Shown: piece by piece, positions 1-11,666 of the stretch
Position numbering within the stretch: position 1 is the stretch's first letter
Layout of the letters: every line of letters begins with the position of its first letter
Source: Tricharina praecox
Lineage: Eukaryota
DNA: 64,000 bases
Direction: 5' to 3'
Assembly: GCF_024521635.1 (NCBI RefSeq)
Contig: NW_026250408.1
Coordinates: 744,001-808,000 of the forward strand
The notes under the pieces: generated by a model
What the model saw: the letters and a program-made list of their open reading frames with translations, nothing else
The model's database searches: none
Told to the model about the DNA's origin: nothing
Translations under genes and position numbers: made by a program

Positions 1-604
1 ACACCCACTCTCTCCCAATACATCTGCCGTACCCAATGGTATGGTACATAGGCTCGGTAGGTAGAGTGCTCTACCTACATACCATGTCGCCATCCCACCT
101 GAATGGAGTGCACGAGCCTTCGAGCGGTCGATGTTTGCTTCCCGCGGCAGAACGCATTGTTTCCTTCTCGGCGGCAGGTTCGGAGGCGGGATTCAAATCG
201 AGAGAGTGAGTTGCGTTGTTCCGCCAATGGAACACTGGAATACCGGTATGTACATACAGTACCGATTACCGCCCATCCTGATGGAAGTTATAACATCGCT
301 CATATTGGGTATTTACCAGTATTGCCGGTAAATGCCCTACCAAGGAAGATACCTGGGCAGATACCTAACCCGCAAGAAGAGAACTCCGAAAACCCGCGTC
401 CATACGTTATGTACGCACCTTCTATGTATACGATATGTCAAATCTTATTATTCTTATACCTGCATTCCTACCCAGCCTAGTTGCCGGCCAATCTCGCCAA
501 CCACCTGGCACCTGGCACCTGCTCTCAAGTCTTCAAAGTTCAACCCAGTCCAACCCAGCAGGATTACCGCATTTTCCACTCTGGCGCGTCACAACCTGTC
601 AACC

Positions 605-640
605 GGAGGTCTGGAGGTCTGGAGGTCTGGAGGTCTGGAG
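605..640. repeat. 8-bp tandem repeat (GGAGGTCT)x4.5
   Basis: Directly visible: ggaggtct repeated 4 times plus ggag. Confidence 0.9.
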
Positions 641-1289
641 CTCGAAGGAGGGCCCGCATAGCCGCTAGTTAGTCAACTGGAGGTAGTATCTCGCGTCATT
701 TCCGCCCAGAAGCTCGTCGCAATGAAAAGAGCCGTATCCGTATCGAGGCCTTGGGCTTGGAGGTCTTTCTTTCTACTGCATATGATATGTAGGTAATTAT
801 AGAGTACGGTGGATACGGTGGGTATGTGCGCTGAAGGTCTCGCGACTATCGTAGTTATGTATACCTATAACTAAGCCGGTTCAGCGCCGGTGTTCGAGAT
901 CAGTCGCAGGCCGTCGCAGACAGTCCCAGGCCGTCGCAGTTGTAGTTACAGCTCGGGCCGTTTGAAAGGGCCGTATGGGTGGCGTTAGGGGGCCGTTAGG
1001 GGGGCGGCCAGCACGTCATGTCGACCTCGAAAACTCCCGCAGCCCGCAGCCCGCTGCCAAAACAGCACGGGTCCGGGTCGGGACTCGGTTGGAGTTCCGA
1101 TCGGTGCCCGGTGCTGCCCCGGTGTCCCGGTGTCCCGTCCGGAAGCGGTCCGTCGTCGGTGCGGGATTGGGGGCTGGCGGGAATAGGCCCCCTGGGAGAC
1201 TGGGCAGTGGGAGTGTAGGTAGGAGGATGGAAATCTTGTCGGGCTGGAGTGCAAGACGTGAGTAACGAAAGAGAGGGAGAGGGAAATCA

Positions 1290-1830
1290 ATTCATTGTCG
1301 GAGACGGACCGTTTATACATAGTACTCTATGGAGGCGGTGATGGTGGCCACGAGCCCGGTATTTCCTGCTGCCCAGCTCCCGCCGGGGGGCTACTTGTCG
1401 CCGTTGGCCCCGTTGCTGCGCCGCTGCTGCCTACTGACGGATTAAGAGAGAGAGAAAACATGACCGTGATCCCCCTAGCTTCATCGTCACGCATAGTATG
1501 TACACGGAGCCCCGCCGAGCACGCCTGTTCGGCTTCGGAGACACCCGCTCCCCTCCTCGGCCGCATCTTCTATCGTCGGGATTTTTCTCCCCCACATCCG
1601 GCGTCCTTGGGTATTGTACCGGTATTCTAGCACTGCGCCATCGGTATAGGGCTCGTCGCCGAACATGTCCGCCATTGACACCGTCTTTTACTTTCTCTTC
1701 TCCCTTCCAGTCTTCTCCTTCATCCTCGTCCACATAGCCGTCCGTTGAGCCACCATTGGTCGCAGTTCTCAAAGAGGTGCTCCGGGTCTTCTTGGCCCGG
1801 TGAGTAACGGAAAACCAATTCTACAGACGG
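1290..1830 (-). mobile_element. Degenerate 3' fragment of a non-LTR (LINE, Tad1/CgT1-like) retrotransposon: ORF2 C-terminal zinc-knuckle region
   Basis: Minus strand, stitched across frameshifts, reads KTR/EHLFENCDQW/AQRTAMWTRMKEKTGREKRK*KTVSMADMFGDEPYTDGAVLEY..DVG/RKIPTIEDAAEEG. This resembles the recalled fungal LINE C-terminal pattern TREHLFxxCxxW..W..TGR..W..D..D..AVL.F..DVGR. In-frame TAA at 1688-1690. Boundaries approximate. Confidence 0.6.
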
Positions 1831-2035
1831 AAGTGGATCACATAAGCGAGTGACATCTTGTGACCTTATATATCACCGCGAACTAGTCCCATTCCGTGCA
1901 CGACCGAGCAAGCATGATGCGGCGCTGCTCGGTGCTCTCTCCAACTATCTCCAGACACCCCTCCACGCCGCACGACCAGCACCTCAACATCACCACCACC
2001 ATCCGCTCCATCACACACGACCCGCACACACAAGA

Positions 2036-3089
2036 ATGGACGCCCTGGTAGCTCAGTACGCCTGTCAGCACGATGATTTCTTCGACGAGGATTCGACCGA
2101 GGCCCAGCAACAGCTTAACACGAAGCCCACGCACGCCCAGCAGTTCTCGCTGCCGCCCATCGCCCAGGTAATAACAATCCCCATCCACCCATCCATCTAT
2201 CCAGGAGCTGTACGTGTATCCACACAGCTGACCCCCACAGCCCTCGGCGTTCCTCCGTGCCGTAACCGACGACTACAAGAACCCCGCGTGCCCGATCAAG
2301 CTCGCGCACGGCACCACCACCCTGGCGTTCCGCTTTAAGGGCGGCATCATCGTTGCTACCGATTCGCGCGCCACAGCCGGGAACTGGATCGCCTCGCAGA
2401 CGGTGAAGAAGGTGATCGAGATCAAGTTCGTCTCCTACCCTTCCGCTTCCCGTGCCTTCCCCTCCCTCCACACCCGCACCCGCTCACGAGATCCACAGCG
2501 ACAAGATGCTGGGCACGATGGCCGGCGGTGCCGCGGACTGCCAATTCTGGCTGAACTACCTTGGGATGGAATGCCGGCTCCACGAGCTGCGACACAAGCG
2601 GCGAATCACCGTGGCAGCGGCGTCCAAGATCCTGGCCAACATCGTGTACGGCTACAAGGGGATGGGACTGTCGATGGGCACGATGATTGCCGGCGTGACC
2701 GCACAGGAGGGCCCCGCGCTGTACTACGTCGACTCCGATGGAACCCGCCTCCAGGGTGACCTGTTCTGTGTCGGCTCCGGGCAGACGTTCGCTTACGGTG
2801 TCCTCGATAGAGAGTATCACTACGATCTGAGCGATGAGGACGCCCTCGCGTTGGGATCGAGGAGTATTCTGGCTGCTACTCACAGAGTAAGCCCACCACC
2901 CCACATCTGTAGATGTGTCTCTTGCTGACGGATCTGCGATCGTAGGATGCGTACTCCGGTGGCTCGATAAACCTGTACCACGTCAAGGAGGAGGGCTGGA
3001 CCAAGCACGGCTTCACCGACACGCATCCCGTGTTCTGGAAGACCAAGCTGGAGAAGGGCGAGTTCTCGAATGTCACCTCGGAATTTTAG
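2036..3089 (+). CDS. PRE2: 20S proteasome subunit beta5 (chymotrypsin-like) precursor
   Basis: Exons 2036-2167, 2241-2425, 2499-2886, 2946-3089 with GT-AG introns. The propeptide is followed by [41 protein letters not shown], then [18 protein letters not shown] and RDAYSGG. Confidence 0.97.
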
Positions 3090-3229
3090 ATAGGACATGA
3101 TAGAACTCGATAACTCGTTGGGTGTGGAAACACCCCTCCCTCTGATGAGATGATGAGAGATGAGAGGCTTGCCAGTCAGAAAGAATTCGGGATTCGGAAT
3201 TCGAACTAAGTGATATATCGTGATTGCAT

Positions 3230-4055
3230 GACGGACTTGATCCTTTGCTTTGCGGAAAGCTTGTCTGTTGTACCTATTGTACCTACGTGTGTAATCGTAA
3301 TTCCATGCTCCACACTTCCAAGTAATTACTTCCAAGCAAGTACTTCCAAGCCCGAAACCAAGAAGCCAGAAGCCCATAGGAAACCAGCCATCTGCAAGGC
3401 GCCATTCAACTTCAGCACACCATTCACGCAGAACCGAGTGATTGCCGAGGGAGTTGTGAGCACTGAGCACAGGGATTCCTCTCCCATCCCGTCCCATCCT
3501 GTCCCGTCCTGACAGTCCTGCGCACCGAGTTGTCGCCTCGCCTGGCGGCCCCGGACGGCGAGGAGGACTGACTGACTTGATCCGCCGCTTTACTCTACGT
3601 AAAGCTTGTCCGATCGTACCGATTGTACCTACGTGTGTAGTGTAATCGTAAATTCCATGGCCCATTCAAGTAGCAAGTACTTCCAAGCAATTCCTTCCAA
3701 GCCCGAAAGCCGAAACCCAAAAGCCCACAGAAACCCAGCTATCTGCAAGGCGCCATTTAACTCCACGAGACCATCCACGCGGGACGAGACCGAGTGATTG
3801 CCGAGTGAGCAGTGAGCACGGCGATTAATTCTAAGCCCGAAAGCCTTCTGAGAAGCCCACAGAAAACCAGCCAACCGCAAGGCGCCATTCAACTCCAAGA
3901 GACTAGGTATTCGCGCAGAACCGAGTGATTACCGAGTGAGCAGTGAGCAGTGAGAAGTGAGCAGTGAGCACGGCGATTCTTCGTCTCATCCCGTCCCGTC
4001 CTGGCCGTTCCGCACACCGAGGAGCCGCCCAGCACCCCTGGACGGCGAGGAGGAT
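3230..4055. repeat. Diverged direct repeat: ~340-bp unit present twice, with a ~120-bp core present three times
   Basis: Copy A ~3230-3566 and copy B ~3570-4055. The core AAGCCCGAAA..AAGCCCAYAG..CCAGC..GCAAGGCGCCATTYAACT..CCGAGTGATTRCCGAG occurs at ~3348, ~3699 and ~3833. Confidence 0.88.
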
Positions 4056-4656
4056 GAAGGATGGAGGATGAAGGATGAAGGATGAAGGATGAAGGATGGG
4101 CTTGGAGTTGGGGGGAACTGAGTGAAGAGAGGTTCTCGCTCGCTCGCAATCTCATTGTGAATCGTAGTTATTGGGCACAGTAGAAACTTTCACGAGTGAT
4201 TGATTCCGAAGATGGGCCTGCCCGTACATAGATGAGTACCCAGCATGTATAGCCGGCCGCCCATATTTCCACTCCACACATATCCATTCATAAACCGTTT
4301 ATCACATTGCACCAAAGATTGGTTCACTTACACCCAAGCTTGGTATTGCCAATGTATTTGGTATGTATTGACATCCCCATCATAGCCATCATATGCACAT
4401 TAACCGTAAATAAATACATGTACTAATATCACATCCCATATCCCACATCGCACATGCCATCCCAAAAGCACGTTGCCCGACCCTCAACAAGGAAAAAATC
4501 ATCCATCCATCATAGATCGCCACCCTCCATGCCCGAAACACAATGACACAATGCAGCGTAAACTCTACGACGAATCAATCAATCAAACACGCGCCCCTGA
4601 CCCAATTGCAAAAAAACAAACCCCCCCCCCCGAAAAGAAACAGCCGACGACTACTA

Positions 4657-7600
4657 CTACTCCGCCTTAGAATCCACATCCTCAACATCCTGCCCTATCA
4701 TCTGATCCGAGCCCCTCTCGAGGCTGCGACCACCCGCGCGGAAGACCAACACCGACGCCTTAAGATTCGCCACGATACACGTTTCCGCGACGTCGCCGAG
4801 ACACTTCCTCGTCTCGATACCGGCGCCGGAGGGGGCGCCCATGGACGAGAGGACGTCGACGAGCTCGGTGCGGATGTAGGGCTTTGCGTCCTTGAGGCCG
4901 CGGCCGACGATGACCAGGTCTCCGGCGTTCTTGGTGGACATGCCGACCTCGGACTTCGCCTTGGCGACGATGTAGTGCAGTGGCTGCGGGGTTTGTACCG
5001 TCTCGAAGGCGACGCGCGATTGTAGGGTGCGGGGGAGAGAGTCTTGCATCGACTGGAAGAAGGAGCTGTCGATGTCGGCGATCGCGGTGAGGCTGCTCGT
5101 TGAGCGCGAGGCCGCCTCGGATGGCGTGACGCTCGGGATCTGGCTCTGGGAGAGGTTCCGGGGGAGGTCGGGGCGGGCTGCGGCGGCGGCGGGGAGCTCG
5201 ATTTCGGGCTCGGGCGCCGCGCCGGGGGAGTAAATTACTTGTACAATCGTAGCGGTTACGTTGATGTTAGTCGCGAGTTGGAGGACGAATCTAAGGGCCA
5301 CGCGGTCGTCGATGCCACCAAAGTAGGGGAAGAAGATGTGGTGCGACGGATCCGAGATCGGGTTGTAGACGTTTGCCGCATCGAGAGCTTTGCGGGAGCG
5401 CATGCTGCGGAAACTGGCCGTGCGAGTGATACAGCGATCGAGGTTCGAGCCGAACCCACGGTTGACCATGATCGCTGTGCTGCAATCGGAACGCTCGAGA
5501 ACACTAGTAATGAACTGGTTGTGCTGGTATGACATGAATCGGTTCTCCGGCGAGTACTGCGTAGGGTCGTCCGACTCGGTAACCGTACCGGTTTCCGTCC
5601 ACGGGATCAGCAAGAGATCCGAAGAGTGCACTGATGCTCGGCTGGTGATGACCTCCGCGAACGAATCTTCGGGGGCAATGGACACGGAGGCGGAGACGGC
5701 AACATTATGGAAGGCGCCAAAGGTTCTGAAGACATTGACTACCGGGTCCTTCTGTTGCAGCTCGTCCAACTCGGAAACTTGCATAACCGCCGAGGTACGT
5801 TGCGTCAACCCGACAAGCCTCTCGCCGTGGACCACAAGCGGCCTCTTGAAAGGTGCATCCGGCGTAGAGGATGCAGTTGCCTCTCCGGAATACTCTCCTT
5901 CCTCGTCGATGGTTCCACTCTGAACCGCCTTGGACCTGTGTACTTTCGGCTTCGGTACGGGCTTTCCGCCGAGAAGGTCGACAAAGGCAAAGATTCCGGG
6001 CAGATTCTCGAGACGCAGGAGTACGGTGATCTTGGAGATGCTGGTGGCCTGGAATTTCTCCTTGTGCATTGACCCATCGCCGCCCTCGGGTCGTAGGTTG
6101 TTTCCATCCCAGTCGATCTCGCCACGCTTCCACGCTTCGATCTTCTTCTGGTATTCGGGCGGGTACAGCATAGTCACCAGCGGTGTCGTGGCGAAGGTGG
6201 TGATAAGTGCCATGACGACGAAGATAGTGAAGACTCGGACACTGAGAATTCCCGCTTGAAGGCCGATATTCTGGGAGAATGGAAACATCAGCTACAATGG
6301 ACGATGAGAGGGTGTAACGGAGATGCTTACCAGCACAATAAGCTCGACCAATCCCTTACAACTCATCAGGACACCAATGGTGAAGCTCTCCCTCCACACC
6401 AGTCCGCACCATCTCGCAGCGATCGTACCACCCACGATCTTTCCGATGAAAGCGATAGCAAGGACGCCAAAGACGTATCCCCACACAATACCACTGTTGA
6501 GCAATCCGATATTGGTCTGCAACCCGGAAAGCGCAAAGTAGAGCGGCAGGAACAGTACCGTAACCAGGTCCTCAATCTTCTCCGTCAACTTGACGGCGAA
6601 ACCACCCTCGTGGGGGCAGATCAATCCGATCAAGAAACCACCGAAAATGGCGTGCACACCGATGATATTGGTGAAGAAGGCCGAGGCCAGGACCATCAAC
6701 AACGTCAGGCCGACCATAGCCTGCGATGGACCGTTCTCGAGCGATCCATCCCTGCGCAGGACCCACAGGAACGCCGGGCGCACCAGGTAGATCAGGAAGA
6801 GCACATAGGCAACACAGGTCAAGAGGACGTAGAGCGCTGTGAGGCCGGTTCCGGCGTTGACCAGGGCAACCGTCAGGGCGAGCAGGATCCATCCGACCAC
6901 GTCGTTGGCGACTCCGGCAGAAAGAACAATGGTACCAACGTCGGTCTGAAGAAGCTTCAGTTCCGTCAGGATACGTGCGAGGACCGGGAAAGCCTGTAGG
7001 GAGTGTCTGTCAGCAATCGCGCCTTTTGTGTCGGGATTGGGTGGGTTCCCCGTACCGTGATGGCCATCGCCACACCGATGAACAGTAGGTAGACACCGAA
7101 GCCGATATTAACGACTCCCTCGTCGCTACGGAACTCATGGTACAGACCATAGGCAATAGCACCACCTGCAACGCACGAACGCAGTCAGCAAGACGGAAGC
7201 GGGAGGACCGGGAGTGGTGAGATACGCACCCAGGCCGAACGGCAAGATCATTCCCAACGCGCCCACACTCGCCGCCACCCTCCAGTTCCGGAACAGAATG
7301 CGCATGTCCACCTCCAAGCCGACCAGGAACAGAAACAGCACCAGTCCGAGGTTCGCCGCCATTCTGAGCACGGGCATCGACGCCACCGGGAAGATGGTAG
7401 TCATGTAACCAGGGATTCTACCCAGGACCGTCGGACCTTCAGGAACAGACGCGTTAGCCAGACAGACCACAGTGCGAATATCGAGGAGGCCTGCGTACCG
7501 AGGATGATTCCTCCGATCACCTCAGCTATCACGCTGGGCTGGCGCAATTTCGATAGTGGCCAATGGAGCAATCGACATGCGATGATGATGATAGAAGCCT

Positions 7601-7795
7601 GTCATTCCGGCGCCGGAGCGTCAGCTATGTATCTACGAGATCTCCCTCCCTCCCAGTGGAGCAGTAAACGTCCGTCGGTACCTGGATGATGAACAGAACG
7701 ATTGGATCGGCGGCATTGTAATGTGTAGGATTCAGGCCTTCTAGCACGCCCGCCTGACTAGGCACACCGCCACTCGCAGTCGTCCCTCCGGCCAT
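4657..7795 (-). CDS. KHA1: K+/H+ antiporter, CPA2 family (Kha1-like)
   Basis: ATG 7795 ([32 protein letters not shown]), five introns. Motifs [84 protein letters not shown]. Long hydrophilic C-terminus ending at TAG 4657. Confidence 0.93.
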
Positions 7796-9373
7796 ATTCT
7801 CGACTGTTTCTGACGAAGCGACCGACTGGACGCTGTTTTTTTTACTTATTCTTCTCTTTCGACGCGGTGATTTCGATGCCCCACACACACAACAGAACGG
7901 ACAGGTCGAATAACGGGGTGGGTGAAGGATGGGGGGAGAGGGGGGGATAATGATATCCTGCCAACAGCACAGCGAGCAAGTAGAGTACGGCGGGAGCAGC
8001 TAAACTTTATACCCAGAGCTTGAGTTGGGGGGGGAGGAGGGAAGGGGGGGGGGGGGGGGGGGGTGGTTGGCGGCCGCCTGCCACCCTGCTCCGCTCACCT
8101 TCCCGGGGACGACGTGACGGCAGTGATTCCTCTAACTGTATGTCTTGGCCCAGCTGCAAGGCAAGGGCAAGTAGAGCAAATGCAACCCTCTTTCACGCTT
8201 CACGCCCCTCCTCCACCGTGTGTGCGCATCACGCATCACGCCGCTCTCCCCGCCGCCTCGCCCCCCTCATGCCGCCGAGTCAAGCGAACTGAAACGCAAC
8301 ACAACACAGGCGAGGATGCAGCAAAGTCACTCCGAATAGGCAGCAGCATGGGCAATCATTGGATTACATTTCTCACCACCGCCACGGTCCACCACCACCA
8401 TCATCAATAACACTGCGAGGTTATGTATCACCACCTACAACAACACCACTACCATGCGTACCACCACCGCCTCCTCCACCACTATCTCATCCTCCACCAC
8501 CACCACCACCACCACCTTCTCCACCACCAACCTCTCCTCCTCCATCCTCATAAAAACCGATCGAGCAGTGTAAGCAAGTAAGTAAGCCAGCATCTGGCGT
8601 CAGCTCCCCAGCCAGAGCCAGAGCCAGAACCAGAGCCAGATGCAGGCGCGTGAGCTCCAAGCAAGGGTTCACAAGCGGGAGCTAAGCAGGAGCATACATA
8701 CATAGAGTGCAGTTCCCTGAACATGGGGGCTATCATATCTCTCTTCGACACCTGCCTGCTGTCGAGATATATAGAGTATCTGCTACCGTACTTGGTGGTG
8801 GTGGTGGTGTATGGATTCGGATTTCATGTCATATCGGACGAGCCCTGTAACTATTCTGTATTCTGTATTTCCGTATTGCGTTATGTACAGCATACAACAT
8901 ACACAGGTAAAGTACGAGCATGTGTGAGTAAACCCTCTTTCCATTTGGTCCAGCTCCCCGCCTCCCCCTCCCCCCCTCACCCCCGGTCCCCCGTGGCCCG
9001 TGCGATGGATGGAGGAAAGAAAAAAAAGGTGAAGGTGGGCCCTGGAATCTGGAATAGTTATCTAGAGTAGCCGCAGCCCCTAGTTGGGTGCTTTACTGTG
9101 GTTAGTGCCGCTCTGGCTCGTCTCGCTTGGAAGATTACATAGGCCAAGCTGGAAGCTGTGCAGTGGTGCTGCCTGTGGATATGTCCGGTGGGCAGGCTCC
9201 AAGAAAGACGGACATTTCTTGGGCTCCGAGAGGGCTCCGGTTGCCTCGCGTCTCTTGGGCAATCTTGGGCAATCTTGGGGGGAGGGGGGCTCTTGGGGGA
9301 ACGGCTTCCCGATGTATGCATACATACGGAGAAATGACTGGGAATGCCCACGATAGGAAGTTCGAGCACGAAG

Positions 9374-9411
<38 letters not shown>

Positions 9412-9415
9412 GCTG
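9374..9415. repeat. (GGCT)n microsatellite
   Basis: About 9-10 copies directly visible. Confidence 0.85.
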
Positions 9416-10695
9416 GATCTGGATCTGGAGCTCGACCTGGAGCCTGAGTAGAGCAGTAGAGCAGAGCGAGTGCTCCGAGTGGAGTGGCTACCGGTAGAGC
9501 AGAGTGGCTACCGGTAGAGTAGGGTTGTATGATTTGTAGAGTCGGTAGACGTCGTGCTCTACCCTCTACCGCCCTACATAGGGCACTCGACTCTCCTCCT
9601 CTCCGGCTATCTAGGTCGAGTAGGTGCGAGTAGAGCAGCATACCCTACACACCTAGACGGGCCCGCCGCAGGCCGCAGCTGACGTCCCCCCCTCCCCCCC
9701 TCCAACCCCAACCCCAACCCCGCCGTGCCGCCGCCTTACATACAGCAACGACCAAAAGAGAGCGACTTTCCTCTTTCACGCGCGGACGAGGTCGCATCCA
9801 GATCCAGTCCACCTCCACCTCCAGTCCACCTCCTCCCACATTCCACGGTTGAGGGGGGGGGGGGGGGGGGGGGCAAACAAGCCCCCCCTCATTCTTGCGC
9901 CTCGACTCCATTCCACCCGCGTCATCCTCGCAACGGCACGAGGCACGAGGCATGGCAGTGCGGTAGGAAGCATGGCGTGGAGGGACGGAGGGTGCGGTGC
10001 GGTGGGTAAACGCGCAACCTCCGCATCAACTGGTAGAGTATACAGCATAGTTTCTGCCCTTTGGAACTTTGGATTTTGTGGATTTTGTGGGGGTGCCTTG
10101 CGCGCTACAGGAATAAATGGGATGTTCGGATTTCGACCGAGTCTGCGATTAGTTACTCGGCTAGTTACTACTCTAAGTTTTGACTATGAGGAACTATGAA
10201 ACTACCTATGTCATGCGTGGAGGCGTAGGTTGTAGCTAGAGCAGCTACTTCGCGGCGAGATATAATAAAGTCACCTCACCTCACATCACCAACCCCCCCG
10301 TCCCCTCCCACCTCCCTCGCCCCTCCCGCGATCGAATCGGACACTGCGGGTATCTAATATCTATCTGTATGTAGCCTATGTACCTAGCATACCTGGGTGC
10401 GTACTCTATTCCGCAGAGCGCACTAACTACTCTAACTGCTCTAACTACCGTCAATATCGCGCTCGCAGAGATAATAGGAAAGGAAGCAAGTACCTAGACT
10501 ACCGCAGACCAAGTACCGTAGAGTAGACCAAGTCAGTCTGTAAGCACTCGTTCGGTGTCGTCTTCCAAGCCCCCTCGTCAACCCCCCCCCCCTCCTCCCT
10601 TCACATCCTCTCGCATACTCACACGGTCTCACCTCCACCTCCTCCTCACATCCACATCCACCTCCACCCTCCCGAGTCCAGAATCCACCCACCAG

Positions 10696-10770
10696 AATCT
10701 AGAATTCCTCATCGTACGGTAATCTAGAATTCCTCATCGTACGGTAATCTAGAATCCCTCATCGTACTGT
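10696..10770. repeat. 25-bp minisatellite x3
   Basis: aatctagaattcctcatcgtacggt at 10696, 10721 and 10746 (third copy has 2 mismatches). Confidence 0.92.
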
Positions 10771-11666
10771 ATTCCAAGGCCCCACCCTCCCACCACCACC
10801 ACCACCACCACCACCACCCATCCAGGATTCTCCAGCCAGAATTCCGCATCCAAACCTCCGCATCCAGAATTGCACTTCCATATCTCCACCCAGAATCCCG
10901 CATCCATAGCCATGTTGTAGGTGGTGTTCCACGAACCCACGATGGCATATACTTCCATACCTACTTCCACTCGGTTCGGGAAGCGACATACCTACATGTG
11001 ACATGGCCCGGGTATGCTGTCCAACGAATCGCGTACGTACATATCACACATTCCATACCATCCATCCATACCATACTCTGCGGGCTGTGAACTAGTGACT
11101 CTCGACCCAGCTACCATTGCATCGGCGCAGTGGTACATACATTGGTACGGTGGTGGCAGAGATCATCGTATTTGAGACTGGGGCGAGACATGTTTATCAC
11201 TACTTGTCACGTGACGCTGCCCCCCCCCCCCTCCCTGGCATGAAGTTCTGAATATATGTAACCTGCAGGTCTCAACCTGCGACCTGCAACCTGCACTGCA
11301 CATCACTCGGATCCCTCGGATCCCATCTGTTGTAATATCTGTCTAGATTAGTCATGGTAGAAGGCACGGGCCTTTACCCCTATTCCATATATCTTCTGTT
11401 CTCACGAGGCTACAGCCTTACACTTCAATACTACACTATTCATCATCACATCTTACCATATCTTACTCTATTATTCCAACACCATCATCCAACTCTCGAA
11501 TATCTATATTAGACAACTACAACTACGACTACGACTAGAACACGTGACGTTCACCGAGACAGCAGCAGCAGCTTTGTTTAGTGCAAACCCGCATTAAACG
11601 CCCCCCCCCTCCCGCCTTGATTGTGCAAAAATATTCAGATGCCTATGGTCAAGCCTATGCTAAAGC

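Noticed and set aside
981..1004. Two TTAGGG-like motifs
   Set aside because: Only two separated units; not a telomeric array.
2880..3665. 261-aa minus-strand ORF
   Set aside because: Antisense to the last PRE2 exon and running through the repeat; no recognisable protein features.
6256..6999. 247-aa plus-strand ORF
   Set aside because: Antisense shadow of a KHA1 exon.
10696..10770. 25-bp repeats as a possible CRISPR array
   Set aside because: Head-to-tail with no spacers, in a eukaryotic context with no cas genes.
11206..11215. Perfect GTCACGTGAC E-box palindrome (also CACGTGA at 45926 upstream of PEP4)
   Set aside because: Short motifs expected by chance; the 11206 site is far from any start codon and has no independent support.
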